Positions 49,705 to 59,759 of a stretch of DNA of 64,000 nucleotides are shown here, in pieces; within the stretch, counting starts at the first letter, position 1; every line of letters begins with the position of its first letter. The notes beneath the pieces were generated by a model, which was given only the letters and a program-made list of their open reading frames with translations, was not told the DNA's origin and did no database searches. Origin of the DNA: a virus. Its lineage: Duplodnaviria; Caudoviricetes. The position numbers and the translations under genes are program-made. The DNA lies in the IMG/VR virus record IMGVR_UViG_3300014204_000002, positions 79,526 through 143,525 of that record, one strand, 5' to 3'.

Positions 49705-51030
49705 ATGACGACTAAATCGAGAAATCTGCTCATGTCAACGGATTCCTACAAGCAAACCCACCACGTACAGTATGTGCCTGGGTTGGAGTATGTGTATTCG
49801 TATTTTGAGCCGAGGAAAGGTGCTATATACAAGGATATTGTCTGGATGGGTGTAATTCCATATATCAAGGAATATGGACTTGATGGTTATGCATTTGAGC
49901 ATTATGACATACTTGAGGCAGTTAAAATCTGTGATGAGCATTTTGGCGTTCCGGGATACTTCAATGAGAAAGGATGGCGTTATATTCTTGACACGTATGC
50001 GGGCAGGCTTCCATTGAGGATATCACAGTTGCCAGCAGGCACAATCGTTAAGCCGGGAACGCCGTGTATGGCAATCGAAAACACTGATCCAAAGGTGCCA
50101 TGGCTCACGAACTACGTAGAAAGTATATTAATGCATGTATATGCTTCTACGAATACTGCCACTATATCATATGATGTTTATAAAACAATTAAAAAGTGGG
50201 CAGATAGATGCGGGGAATGTGTGTCTCCTGTTCATTTAAATGATTTTGGGTTGCGTGGTTCAAGTTCTTTACAAAGTGCAGAAACTTGTGGGATGGGGCA
50301 CCTTCTTATTTTTTCAGGAAGTGATAATATACCATCTATTAAATGTGCTATGGAATGTTATTCTTCGGGGGTTGTTGGTGTATCTGTAATAGCTGCAGAG
50401 CATAGCACAATTACTAGCTGGGGGAAAGAAAATGAATTTGTTGCGTATTCTCATATCATAAAAACTGCTCCGGATAGTGCTATAATTTCATTAGTTATAG
50501 ATAGCTTTGATTGGAAAAATGCTATTGATACAATGTTTTGTGGTAACTTAAGAGATTTGATTTTAAGTCGATCTGGTAAAGTGGTATGTCGTCCTGATTC
50601 AGAAGATCATATTATAAATGTTCCATATATATTAAAAAAATTATGGGAAGTTTATGGAGGATCTATTAATAAAAATGGTTATAAGGTGCTCGATCCGCAC
50701 ATTGGTATAATTGTTGGTGACGGAGTAAATGTAAATATTATAGATTCAATATATTATATTATCGTTAATGATGGATTTGCACCGTCGAATGTTATATGGG
50801 GATCTGGTGGTTATTTATTACAGCAACATGATAGAGATACGTTAGGGTTTGCATTTAAATGTAGTGCAATTAGAAGAAATGGTATATGGTATGATGTTAA
50901 AAAGACGACTCCCGGTAAAGAGAGCAAGGCAGGCAGGTTCCCGGAACTTGAGGTAGTGTATGAAAACGGTGTAATTCTCAAAGACGAAAGTTTCACCGAA
51001 ATTCGAAATCGGATAAGAGGTGTATTATGA
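49705..51030 (+). CDS. nadV: Nicotinamide phosphoribosyltransferase
   Basis: TDSYKQTH, LNDFGLRG, GSDN, AAEHST, DSFD, RPDS, GDGV and RDTLGFAFKC. Confidence 0.92.
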   Translation: MTTKSRNLLMSTDSYKQTHHVQYVPGLEYVYSYFEPRKGAIYKDIVWMGVIPYIKEYGLDGYAFEHYDILEAVKICDEHFGVPGYFNEKGWRYILDTYAGRLPLRISQLPAGTIVKPGTPCMAIENTDPKVPWLTNYVESILMHVYASTNTATISYDVYKTIKKWADRCGECVSPVHLNDFGLRGSSSLQSAETCGMGHLLIFSGSDNIPSIKCAMECYSSGVVGVSVIAAEHSTITSWGKENEFVAYSHIIKTAPDSAIISLVIDSFDWKNAIDTMFCGNLRDLILSRSGKVVCRPDSEDHIINVPYILKKLWEVYGGSINKNGYKVLDPHIGIIVGDGVNVNIIDSIYYIIVNDGFAPSNVIWGSGGYLLQQHDRDTLGFAFKCSAIRRNGIWYDVKKTTPGKESKAGRFPELEVVYENGVILKDESFTEIRNRIRGVL

Positions 51031-53173
51031 AAGGTAAAATTTGTCCGTATATGTCCAGACCTATTCTACGCCAACTTTTGGAAGTGGAATGTCTCGGTAA
51101 GAGATGTGCAGCAACCTATGAGAAGGTCTATATGAGCAAGACTGAATATATTTGCACGAGAACAAAGTTAGTCGTCGAGGAGATTAAGAATGAAGTATAA
51201 CGTAATGGTATTTGCTACTGCGTCAGTTTATGCTGAAGTTGAAGTAACGGCAGATTCCGATACAGAGGCAATTGAACTTGCATACTATGAAGCAGGCGAT
51301 TGGGAAATAGACGACATTGACGATATTACAAATGCTCGCATAATAAGTTGCGAGGAAGATGACGAGGACGAATAATGCAGAGATTATAAATGTTTACTAT
51401 AAAAGAATGGGTTGTGGTAATATTACTGTCCTTTGTTTGGACTGGAATTATAATATTATCTCCACATTTATTCTCGTCTGTCGAAGAACAATTGCCGTTT
51501 TCGTCAGTTCAGGTAAATGTATCAGACAAATATGTTCACGACCCAAAAACAGAAATCGATTACGTTATCATAGACAATGGAAATGGTATGGTATATAGAA
51601 CAAATAAGTTATGTTACAATCGATTGCTCAAAGGCTACACGTATCAGTGCAATCTATCATATCAGGATTTTATTATTGGAGTTAATAAAGGTGTTTAAAT
51701 GAATGGAATATCTAAATTTTTAAAAGAGTGGGAAACTATGTCCGATGAAGAGAAGGCTATTGAAGAAAAAGATGCAAAAGAAAAGGAAAATATAAAAGCA
51801 TTGCGCTGGATATGCAAGAAATGATTACTATATACAGTTTGGGATTTGTATTTGCAATGTTGCCTATTATAGTGATGCCTGCGATAATTATTGGTGCTAT
51901 ATTATCGAAATTAGATAGGGCTGTAAATTTTTATGAGAGTTGGTTTATAGGAGCAATAGTAGCATGGGTAATTTTAGTAATTGTTATGGTATTTGCTATA
52001 CTGGTGCATTATTGTCTGTTTCAAGTTATCTTGGTGTGATATAATGATTCATACATTTACGCATGATGAGATGAAAAATAGAACGAATGTTTATTTCGAT
52101 GAAGTTCCCGAAACTATTGAGGAGATTTTATCCATTCGTTTTTATGATTACATCCATAAAATTATTAAGCAAACTAATGTATTTAAGCAATATAGTCACC
52201 TCCATTCACAAGTAATTGTGTATAATGGGCTATATATTGAAATATTTGATGATAAACTTGATTGTTTTTATATAGTAATTAAGTTATGTGAGAAAACAGA
52301 TCCAAAAATAGAACAAATTTGCGATCATGGATTTGAATCAATTAGAGTTTGCCTTGATTGTAATACAGTCGACGTTTTAAAATTTGATCACGTTGGTTAC
52401 TATTCATCAAGAGAAGGCAGTGTACACAACTGGTGTTCGTCATATGAATGGTTTGTTCATGGAAAAGTTAAGGCAATTGCTATAATTGAACTGGAAAATT
52501 TATTTAAATACTTTAATTGTAGGATGCGACTACTCAAGGAATACACTGATTACATGAACAAAGTAAAAGAAGACAATGATAAAATTGTACATTGTAATAC
52601 TATCAAGTCCATAATTAAAAACAGAGCAATGAATATTGATTGGATGTAATACAATGAATGATGATGCGTTTTTGTACCGTGAAGAACATGGTGACATTGA
52701 AGAGCCTGACGAGGATCGGTGCTTGAGTTGTGTGGCTTATGTGTGATGTGATAATTGTGAAGGATTTGGAGACTATTGTGTATTTGATCAGTATACGGAT
52801 GAGGATTTCGAAGTAATACTCATTGATGGGAGTCTTGCAACACGAAATTGTCAATCAGATAATACTTGCAAATATCATGTAACGAGAGAAGAAGTGCTTA
52901 AACTAATTTCGGAGTATAAAGGGCTATGAAGTTATCTTGTCTAATTAAAAAGTTGTGGGCCGATGTAGGAGGTTTGAGTAATGTTTACAGGTGATCATTC
53001 TTCTGAATGGCGATGCGATTATTGTAACGTGCAATTTTCTGGTGACATGATGGGAGATATAAAATGGATTCGGGAAGGGATTACTGATGAGGCTATGCAT
53101 TTTTGTAACTATGATCACGTTGCGAGATATTATGCATGTAAGGCACTATCTATTTAACTGATAAGAACTAACA

Positions 53174-53314
53174 TTTGGTACTCGCGGGGGTATATTCATG
53201 CTGCCCTCGTGAAAACTTTTAGCATCAACAGTAGACGAATGGGCGAGTCGCATATCAAGGTTTGTTATGTGATTAAGCCCGTTAAATTCGTTTATTATGT
53301 TCGCGGTTACCAAA
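53174..53314 (+). ncRNA. Candidate ~140-nt structured ncRNA
   Basis: TATA ~25 nt upstream; closing helix tttggta/taccaaa, hairpin tcgcggggg/ccctcgtga, and a long arm gacgaat-gggc-gtcgcata/tatgtgat-gccc-attcgtt. Confidence 0.55.
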
Positions 53315-53340
53315 CTCCTCTTTATATATAAAGGGTAACT

Positions 53341-53772
53341 GTGTTATCTTGTAGCATGTCCGATAATAGCACAATTCACGAATGCGAAAATATTAAGCTG
53401 CTAACTGACATGCAAATTAAGATCGCTGAAATGTCTCGTGATATGGTGCATTTTGCGGCATGTTTTCAGGAACTTAATGCGCAGTTAAGCGAGTTTATGG
53501 AAAAACAGGAACAGCGGGTGGCCGATATACAAAATACGTGTGTCATGCGGTCAATTAAGTGGAATGAACTGGAACGTGAGGCACTGACGATAAGGGCAGA
53601 TCAGCGCGATTTATATAAACGGCTCGAAATTATTGAAAGGGTGCATAGTGAGGAATTTGGTGGTAAACAGGCTACCAGACCCTACAAAGATTATATTGTA
53701 TACGTTTTTATGACTATTACCTCTATTCTATTGACATATCTGTTCTTCACTGGTGGCATTCACGCCGATTGA
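53341..53772 (+). CDS. Coiled-coil protein with C-terminal TM helix (holin/XhlA-like architecture)
   Basis: Long coiled coil plus a single hydrophobic C-terminal segment; start probably 53356. Confidence 0.5.
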   Translation: MLSCSMSDNSTIHECENIKLLTDMQIKIAEMSRDMVHFAACFQELNAQLSEFMEKQEQRVADIQNTCVMRSIKWNELEREALTIRADQRDLYKRLEIIERVHSEEFGGKQATRPYKDYIVYVFMTITSILLTYLFFTGGIHAD

Positions 53773-53820
53773 TCTAAAAGTTAATTACTATAGCACAACA
53801 TTAATCTATTTTTACGTCCA

Positions 53821-54231
53821 TTGTTAATGATGGCAGATCAGCGATGGCGATGTATTACATGTAATCATCCGCAGCGGGCAGAAATTGAACAGGCAATCAT
53901 TGATGAAAAACTTACACAGTCAGAAATAGCCAGACGCTATGGGATAACCGATAAAGCGCTTTCTCAACATAAATTGAACCATATGGAGATACCAAAGAAA
54001 GTTAAACATGAGTATAAGATTTATCGAGAGGATGACGAGACGAATATTAAATCCTGTTCCATTGGTAAGATATCTGATACAATTGTGATCCCGCGTGTTG
54101 CATCAATCAAAACTGATATCAGGGAGGATAATATCGTAGTTGCCGGGAAATCAATTGACGATTTAATATTAGAACATAAACTTGAGATTGTTAAACTTGA
54201 GCACCAAAAGTCGGTGACAAATGCTAACTAA
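53821..54231 (+). CDS. Zn-finger/HTH DNA-binding protein
   Basis: CITCNHP...TQSEIARRYGITDKALSQHKLNH. Confidence 0.65.
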   Translation: MLMMADQRWRCITCNHPQRAEIEQAIIDEKLTQSEIARRYGITDKALSQHKLNHMEIPKKVKHEYKIYREDDETNIKSCSIGKISDTIVIPRVASIKTDIREDNIVVAGKSIDDLILEHKLEIVKLEHQKSVTNAN

Positions 54232-54436
54232 TCTCAAATCGCGACTTCGTGATCTATTGTACGGTGGAGATTACGTTTCTATTAGATGCTCGCGAGGCTG
54301 TATTTATTGTGTCTTGTATCAGGATCACAAACTTGAAAAATTCAAGATGTCAAATCTGCTGATCGATGTGGATATCAGTGGAATGTACAATCAAACGATG
54401 GCTGACGTCTGGATTAAAATTAACGGTTTGAAATAA

Positions 54437-55543
54437 ATGGAGTTAAATAAGGTATATTTAGGTGATGCGCTCGAAGTTCTCAAGACGTTTCCTGACGACT
54501 CAATTGATTTCTGTCTTACTTCTCCGCCCTACGCTAATTTAAGGAGTTATTTGCCGGTTGATCATCCTGACAAATGTAAAGAAGTTGGATATGAGGTTAC
54601 ACCCGATCAGTATGTTGATCAGATAGTAAATGTATTCAGTGAGGTACATCGCGTATTGAAGCCGTCAGGCTGTGTAATGCTTAACATTGGCGATTCATGG
54701 GCATCTAATGGGATTTATCTCAAGCAGTATGTAGAGTCACATCCAGAAAGGCAAAATTTACACACTGCGGATCATGAGAGGTATCCGGCTAAAGTAAAAG
54801 GGGTTCGTGGTGGCAAATATAAAATCAAAAAGAAGGATTTAATGATGATTCCTGCCAGGACTGCAATTGCTTTACAAGAGTATGGATGGTATCTTCGGTC
54901 TGATATAATTTATGCTAAACGTAATGTGCTTCCAAATCCTGTCAAGGATCGTCCGGTTGCATCGTATGAGCACGTATTCCTATTGACGAAAACTCCAAAA
55001 TATTACTTTGATTGGAAAGCAATTGGTACAGAACCGGCAGATTCGACACAGGCAGACAAGCGACCTAAAGGAGTATTAAGACAAAAAGTAAACGAAAATT
55101 CAAAGTATCACGAAAACTGTGATGATAAGATTGCCGCACAGTTCAGAAAGCAGGACAATGTTGGCAGGTCTGATTACACTGGTTTCAATGACCGGTACAC
55201 GCCTGTTGATTTAGTTCGTCCTCGCGATGTGTGGTATATAGACATTGATGACGATGATACAGATATTATTCCAGTATGGACTATGACTGTCACCGGAAGC
55301 AAAATTAAGCATTTTGCGATGATGGAATCTAAGTTAGCCGAAAAATGTATTAAATGTGGATGTCCTGAAAATGGTGTTGTATTAGATCCATTTTGTGGAG
55401 CAAATACATCCGGTCTTGTAGCAACATCATTAAATCGAAATTACATTGGTATAGAACTCAATCCTGATACTGTTAAAATTGCAGAAAATTACTTAAACGA
55501 CTACAACTACGATTTAGAAAAGCAGAGAGTGGTTAAACGATGA
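54437..55543 (+). CDS. DNA amino-methyltransferase (N4-C/N6-A, beta class)
   Basis: TSPPY near the N-terminus, HFA and VLDPFCG...YIGIELN near the C-terminus; no cognate restriction enzyme adjacent. Confidence 0.92.
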   Translation: MELNKVYLGDALEVLKTFPDDSIDFCLTSPPYANLRSYLPVDHPDKCKEVGYEVTPDQYVDQIVNVFSEVHRVLKPSGCVMLNIGDSWASNGIYLKQYVESHPERQNLHTADHERYPAKVKGVRGGKYKIKKKDLMMIPARTAIALQEYGWYLRSDIIYAKRNVLPNPVKDRPVASYEHVFLLTKTPKYYFDWKAIGTEPADSTQADKRPKGVLRQKVNENSKYHENCDDKIAAQFRKQDNVGRSDYTGFNDRYTPVDLVRPRDVWYIDIDDDDTDIIPVWTMTVTGSKIKHFAMMESKLAEKCIKCGCPENGVVLDPFCGANTSGLVATSLNRNYIGIELNPDTVKIAENYLNDYNYDLEKQRVVKR

Positions 55544-56232
55544 CAGACAATGAAGTGATGCAGAAAATTATACCTTATCTTCCATCACATTATGAGGTGT
55601 TGCAGATCACAGAAACTGGCTCATTTATGTGGGCAATGCAAAACTTTACAGACGATCATGGAACCTCTGATCATGATTTGATCGTCATTTATCGAGCGTC
55701 TACTAAAGACATATTAAAAGGCCGATCTATTAACTCGACATTGCCCTGTAAACATCACATTATGATTGATGGACAGGAATATGACTTTAGTTACCTTGAG
55801 ATCGGGCATTTTTGTCATCAGTTAAAGAAAGGCAACGTCAACATGATCTGGGCACTATTGTCACCTCTTGTAGTGTATAAGCAGCCAGTGATGCACGTAT
55901 TACACGATATTATTTCACAGGTTCACACCGCCGATATTGTGTCTTCCGGGATAGGAATGACACTATCTCAACTGAAAGATGTCACGAAACGCGCAGAACA
56001 ACGATCTCCCGAAAAGTCGCTCAAAACTGCATATAGAACTGCTAACTTTGTGTTAAATCATCTAACGACCGGTAAATTTGAATTTGAGCCTGTGTTATTT
56101 GACGTCACAGAAACAGATGTGATGGATCTCATCGATGATATTAAAACACTTGAGTTGAATGACGACTACGATAAAATGCCTACCGAATCAATTGAGCAGT
56201 GGATCTACCAATTACGAGTCGTGAGCCTGTAA
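55540..56232 (+). CDS. Pol-beta superfamily nucleotidyltransferase (Nuc-transf/RlaP-like)
   Basis: GSFMWAM...SDHD...EIGHFCHQLKKGNVN. Confidence 0.75.
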   Translation: MTDNEVMQKIIPYLPSHYEVLQITETGSFMWAMQNFTDDHGTSDHDLIVIYRASTKDILKGRSINSTLPCKHHIMIDGQEYDFSYLEIGHFCHQLKKGNVNMIWALLSPLVVYKQPVMHVLHDIISQVHTADIVSSGIGMTLSQLKDVTKRAEQRSPEKSLKTAYRTANFVLNHLTTGKFEFEPVLFDVTETDVMDLIDDIKTLELNDDYDKMPTESIEQWIYQLRVVSL

Positions 56233-56274
56233 CTTTTTAGATATTTTATATAGAGGTTAAGTTCACTCTTTTTA

Positions 56275-56772
56275 ATGACTGACAATCAGGAGAAATCGAA
56301 CGAAGAAAACTTTGAAGAACTCAAAGAATATTTTGAACTTCTTGCACATATTCTTCCGATGGGAAATTGGCGCGTTGCGCTTGAGGGATCTAATTCTCAT
56401 GATATGAGTCATTATGTCGCGACTCCGGACGCATATGGCGCATGTCAGAAGAATCGGAATATGCAGTATGCCGAGATATTTGTCAATCTCGATAAGCCGC
56501 GATCTGATGAGTATGGCGAAACGTGGGAGCATACGCTTATTCATGAAATGCTACACGTTGTCACTGATGAGATATCAGAATATGTCGAGGCCAAATATCC
56601 CGATCTAGTAGAGGACACCTTGTATTGCACGAAAATGGAGCGTCTAATTAACATGCTGTCTTATGCGATCTATGACGCGCTTGCCCTTGAACGAGAATGC
56701 ACATGTAATAACGAACCAGCACAACAGACTCTTACATCAAGTTATGATGCCTGTGTTAACGCAAAAATATAA
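56275..56772 (+). CDS. Zincin-like metallopeptidase
   Basis: TLIHEMLHV (HExxH) with a downstream Glu. Confidence 0.65.
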   Translation: MTDNQEKSNEENFEELKEYFELLAHILPMGNWRVALEGSNSHDMSHYVATPDAYGACQKNRNMQYAEIFVNLDKPRSDEYGETWEHTLIHEMLHVVTDEISEYVEAKYPDLVEDTLYCTKMERLINMLSYAIYDALALERECTCNNEPAQQTLTSSYDACVNAKI

Positions 56773-56789
56773 ATAGGCCAAAGATCAAC

Positions 56790-57830
56790 AATAGTATGGC
56801 GCTGTGGAGTCGGCGCAATACAAAAGGACTCTCTCGAACGATACGAGTCCGTCAACGATAGTAACATGTTAATTGGATGAATCGGATTGATTTACCATTT
56901 TCTCGATTCATTTTTGCTTACTCCTGACCCACGTGTCTTGTTTGGCGACAGTCACACATGGGTCTACTGTAACTCTAATTGTTCGAATTGTATTAGTGGC
57001 ATATTATTTTCTACAGGTACTGGAAATACCTGTATCATTTTTAGTGAAATTAGAAACATTTATATCTCTAGACGATCAATATTGTAATACCGCGTTAAGT
57101 CGTGGTCGAGAAATGATAGTTTAGGAAATTGGTGTGCCTTGTCTCTGGTTCAATTCCAGAGATGAGGTATAGGCCCTATAGCAATGATGGATAGCGTAAC
57201 TCCGTTTGCTCATTCAACGGGATGCCCTTTCCAGAGACGGGCTAACTACCTGTAGAATAGACAGGAGGCAATTGAATCTTGCCATAGTAGATCTGGTTTG
57301 TCCACATTCTGATTTGTGGAGGTGATTGCTAATCCGGATATGGTTCAGGCAGGGACCAAAATCACGTTATAACACCCTGCAATAGTTGTAAACTTCATTC
57401 GATCAAATGGAGCAACTAAACATGAGTGAGTGGAACTTTAAAGCAGGTTTCTCATGTAAATTAAAACCAACTTACCAAATTAAACCTGCAATAGTTGTAA
57501 ACCGCGTCTGCGCAAACGTGGCAACTGTAACCGATACTGTTGATGAGGCAAACCTCCGGTTCAATTCCGGATATCGGTTATCAGCACTGCGGCAAGTCCA
57601 TTTAGTTGGAATGTGCATCACCAGATGAAACCGCTCGATTTGGTGCGTTGATCTATGAACGTGACACGCAGGGTAGATTCCACCCGTAGGAGCATAGATG
57701 AGGAATCAGGAGCAAGATATTATGAGTGACGATGAAACTGTTGAAGACACCTCGAAGGTGCAGAATAACATGACTGGAAAAATTGAAGATCGCGCTTGGG
57801 GAAGTTCTTATGCTGACGGCGGCGCGATGT
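56790..57830 (+). ncRNA. Large (~1 kb) densely structured RNA region with T-loop/tRNA-like modules
   Basis: Nearly continuous hairpins, two GGTTCAATTCC T-arms and a duplicated 18-mer; no convincing ORF; directly upstream of the tRNAs. Confidence 0.55.
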
Positions 57831-57872
57831 ATAGCAAAGTTTACAAAAAGAAAGATTAACTTTTCTCATTTT

Positions 57873-57944
57873 GTCAGCATAGTTCAATGGTAGAACGGTT
57901 CCCTTGTAAGGATCAGGTTCCGTGTTCAATTCACGGTGTTGACT
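57873..57944 (+). tRNA. tRNA-Thr(UGU)
   Basis: GTCAGCA/TGTTGAC acceptor, D-arm, anticodon loop CTTGTAA, T-arm CCGTG-TTCAATT-CACGG; no encoded CCA. Confidence 0.85.
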
Positions 57945-57945
57945 T

Positions 57946-58016
57946 GTGAATGTGGTGTAATGGTAACATAGCGCTCCGTGGAGGCGTTGAATCGGGTTCG
58001 AATCCCGACTTTCACA
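57946..58016 (+). tRNA. tRNA-His(GUG)-like, atypical
   Basis: Cloverleaf with loop CCGTGGA and T-arm TCGGG-TTCGAAT-CCCGA; C33, no G-1, A73, no CCA. Confidence 0.75.
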
Positions 58017-58049
58017 TACCTTTTTATTGTTTAAAGTTCACTCTATTAT

Positions 58050-58655
58050 ATGACTAATGAGAAATTAGTTGAAATTGTTTGTGTTATCGACAATTCTGGA
58101 TCGATGCAGACGATCAGAGATGATGCTATTGGCAATTTCAATGCGTTTTTAAAGGAGCAGCAGGAACTCGAAACTGACATTGACGCGAAGTTTACCATGA
58201 TTCTGTTTAACACTGATTACACAGTGATCCACGATGGTAAGCCGATCAAAGATGTTCCGACACTTAATAATGAGACTTACAGGACCATGGGATGCACTGC
58301 GCTGTATGATGCTGTAGGAAAGGCAATTGATACCGTTGGCGCACGCTTGTCAGGTATGGCAGAAAAGGATCGACCATCTAAAGTTATTGTGTCTATATTA
58401 ACAGACGGGCAGGAAAATTCATCGCGTGAATACAATAATGCCCAGATCAAGGACATGATTCATCGTCAAGAGAACCTGTGTAATTGGGAGTTTTTCTATT
58501 TGTCAGCAGGGCCAGACGCATTTAACGACGCGCTTCAAATGGGCATCTCATCACAGAACACCATGTCATTTGACGCATCACAGGGCACTCGATCGGCATA
58601 TGCATCTATGAGCACGTCATATTGTTCATCCAGAACACCGGGGCGCAAACCATGA
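58050..58655 (+). CDS. von Willebrand factor A domain protein
   Basis: DNSGSM MIDAS, TALYDAVG and ILTDGQENSS. Confidence 0.9.
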   Translation: MTNEKLVEIVCVIDNSGSMQTIRDDAIGNFNAFLKEQQELETDIDAKFTMILFNTDYTVIHDGKPIKDVPTLNNETYRTMGCTALYDAVGKAIDTVGARLSGMAEKDRPSKVIVSILTDGQENSSREYNNAQIKDMIHRQENLCNWEFFYLSAGPDAFNDALQMGISSQNTMSFDASQGTRSAYASMSTSYCSSRTPGRKP

Positions 58656-58960
58656 AAGTATTTATTAGCCAGCCAATGCTGGGTAGATCTGATGAAGAAA
58701 TTAAGATCGAGCGCGATGCAATAATTAAAGATCTCGAAAATAAAGGATTTGAGGTGATTGATTCTATGATTGCGGAAAATGCACCTGAAACATCACAGCA
58801 AGGAGCATGGTATCTTGGAGAGTCTATTAAGTTGTTATCGGGAGCAGACTTTGCGTATTTTGCAAAGGGCTGGGATATTGCTCGTGGATGTAGAATTGAG
58901 CACGCGGTTGCTGAAGAATACGACATAAAAATTTTATGGAACAATCATGACAAGTTATGA
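58652..58960 (+). CDS. DUF4406/nucleoside 2-deoxyribosyltransferase-like protein
   Basis: MKVFISQPM...LSGAD...GW..ARGCRIEH. Confidence 0.7.
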   Translation: MKVFISQPMLGRSDEEIKIERDAIIKDLENKGFEVIDSMIAENAPETSQQGAWYLGESIKLLSGADFAYFAKGWDIARGCRIEHAVAEEYDIKILWNNHDKL

Positions 58961-59435
58961 AAATGCCTCGATTTACATTGATAGAGATGGCTTCATTAAG
59001 AATCTCGATGGTAAACTTGCACAGTTTACAATCGATACAGATAATGTAGAACATATTGAGGATCTACAGTATATGGCCGATAACGAGAAGAAAACTATAT
59101 ATTTAATTAGAGAGTTTGTTGCAGTAGATGCAGATTATCAGGATCAACACCCGAAAAAATCTGCAAAAGATTGGTATCTATTAGAGGTGAAGCCGAATGA
59201 CGACGTGAGATGATATTGCACAATGGTTTGAACAGGGTGTAAAGCAGGGTTATTCGTACATGGCCGTAATTTGTGACACTTTTGATTACTCTGATTATCC
59301 TGTATATTTTAAAAATCGTCACAATATGATGGTTGTTGAAATGAATCCGGGAAATATGCAACGTGTCATGGAAACATACAACCTTAAAGCCGATATGTTT
59401 GAACAACTATCAAAGGATAGAAATTGGGTGACTGC

Positions 59436-59759
59436 TTAGTCTTGAACGCCTGATAAATCGACCTCTGTTGACTTAACATCTTTCCAATTTTCGTCGGAAA
59501 ATCGTCTCCCGCAATGTCTACAGGAATAACAATCACCATCATCCTTTCCTCTGATCCATGTAACGCCTGAATACCGATCTATCAATTCAAGGTCTGTAGA
59601 CAGGCAATCTGGGCAATACGGACTCTCTCCGACAATATCATTTGCGATATCACTTGGAATAACAACTTGCTGCGGCCTTGCCATAAGAAACTCCCTGATA
59701 ACAAACAAGACTAACAGCGTTACAATTATGCCGAATACGACAGATAACAAGTCTATCAT
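59436..59759 (-). CDS. Membrane-anchored Zn-ribbon protein
   Basis: N-terminal TM; CPDC...CRHCG. Confidence 0.6.
   Translation of the reverse strand: MIDLLSVVFGIIVTLLVLFVIREFLMARPQQVVIPSDIANDIVGESPYCPDCLSTDLELIDRYSGVTWIRGKDDGDCYSCRHCGRRFSDENWKDVKSTEVDLSGVQD

Noticed and set aside
57172-57244. Third tRNA starting GGCCCTATAGC
   Set aside because: The 5' end is tRNA-like, but there is no T-loop and the acceptor pairing is poor.
57225-57725. Group I intron-like words (cagagac, aatcaggag, aagatat) and a hammerhead-like tgatgag
   Set aside because: Order and pairing do not build P3-P7 or a hammerhead core, and no interrupted gene flanks them.
56887-57929. Short ORFs 56887, 56933, 57407 and 57720
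   Set aside because: No RBS or recognisable motifs; they overlap hairpin-dense sequence or the tRNA.
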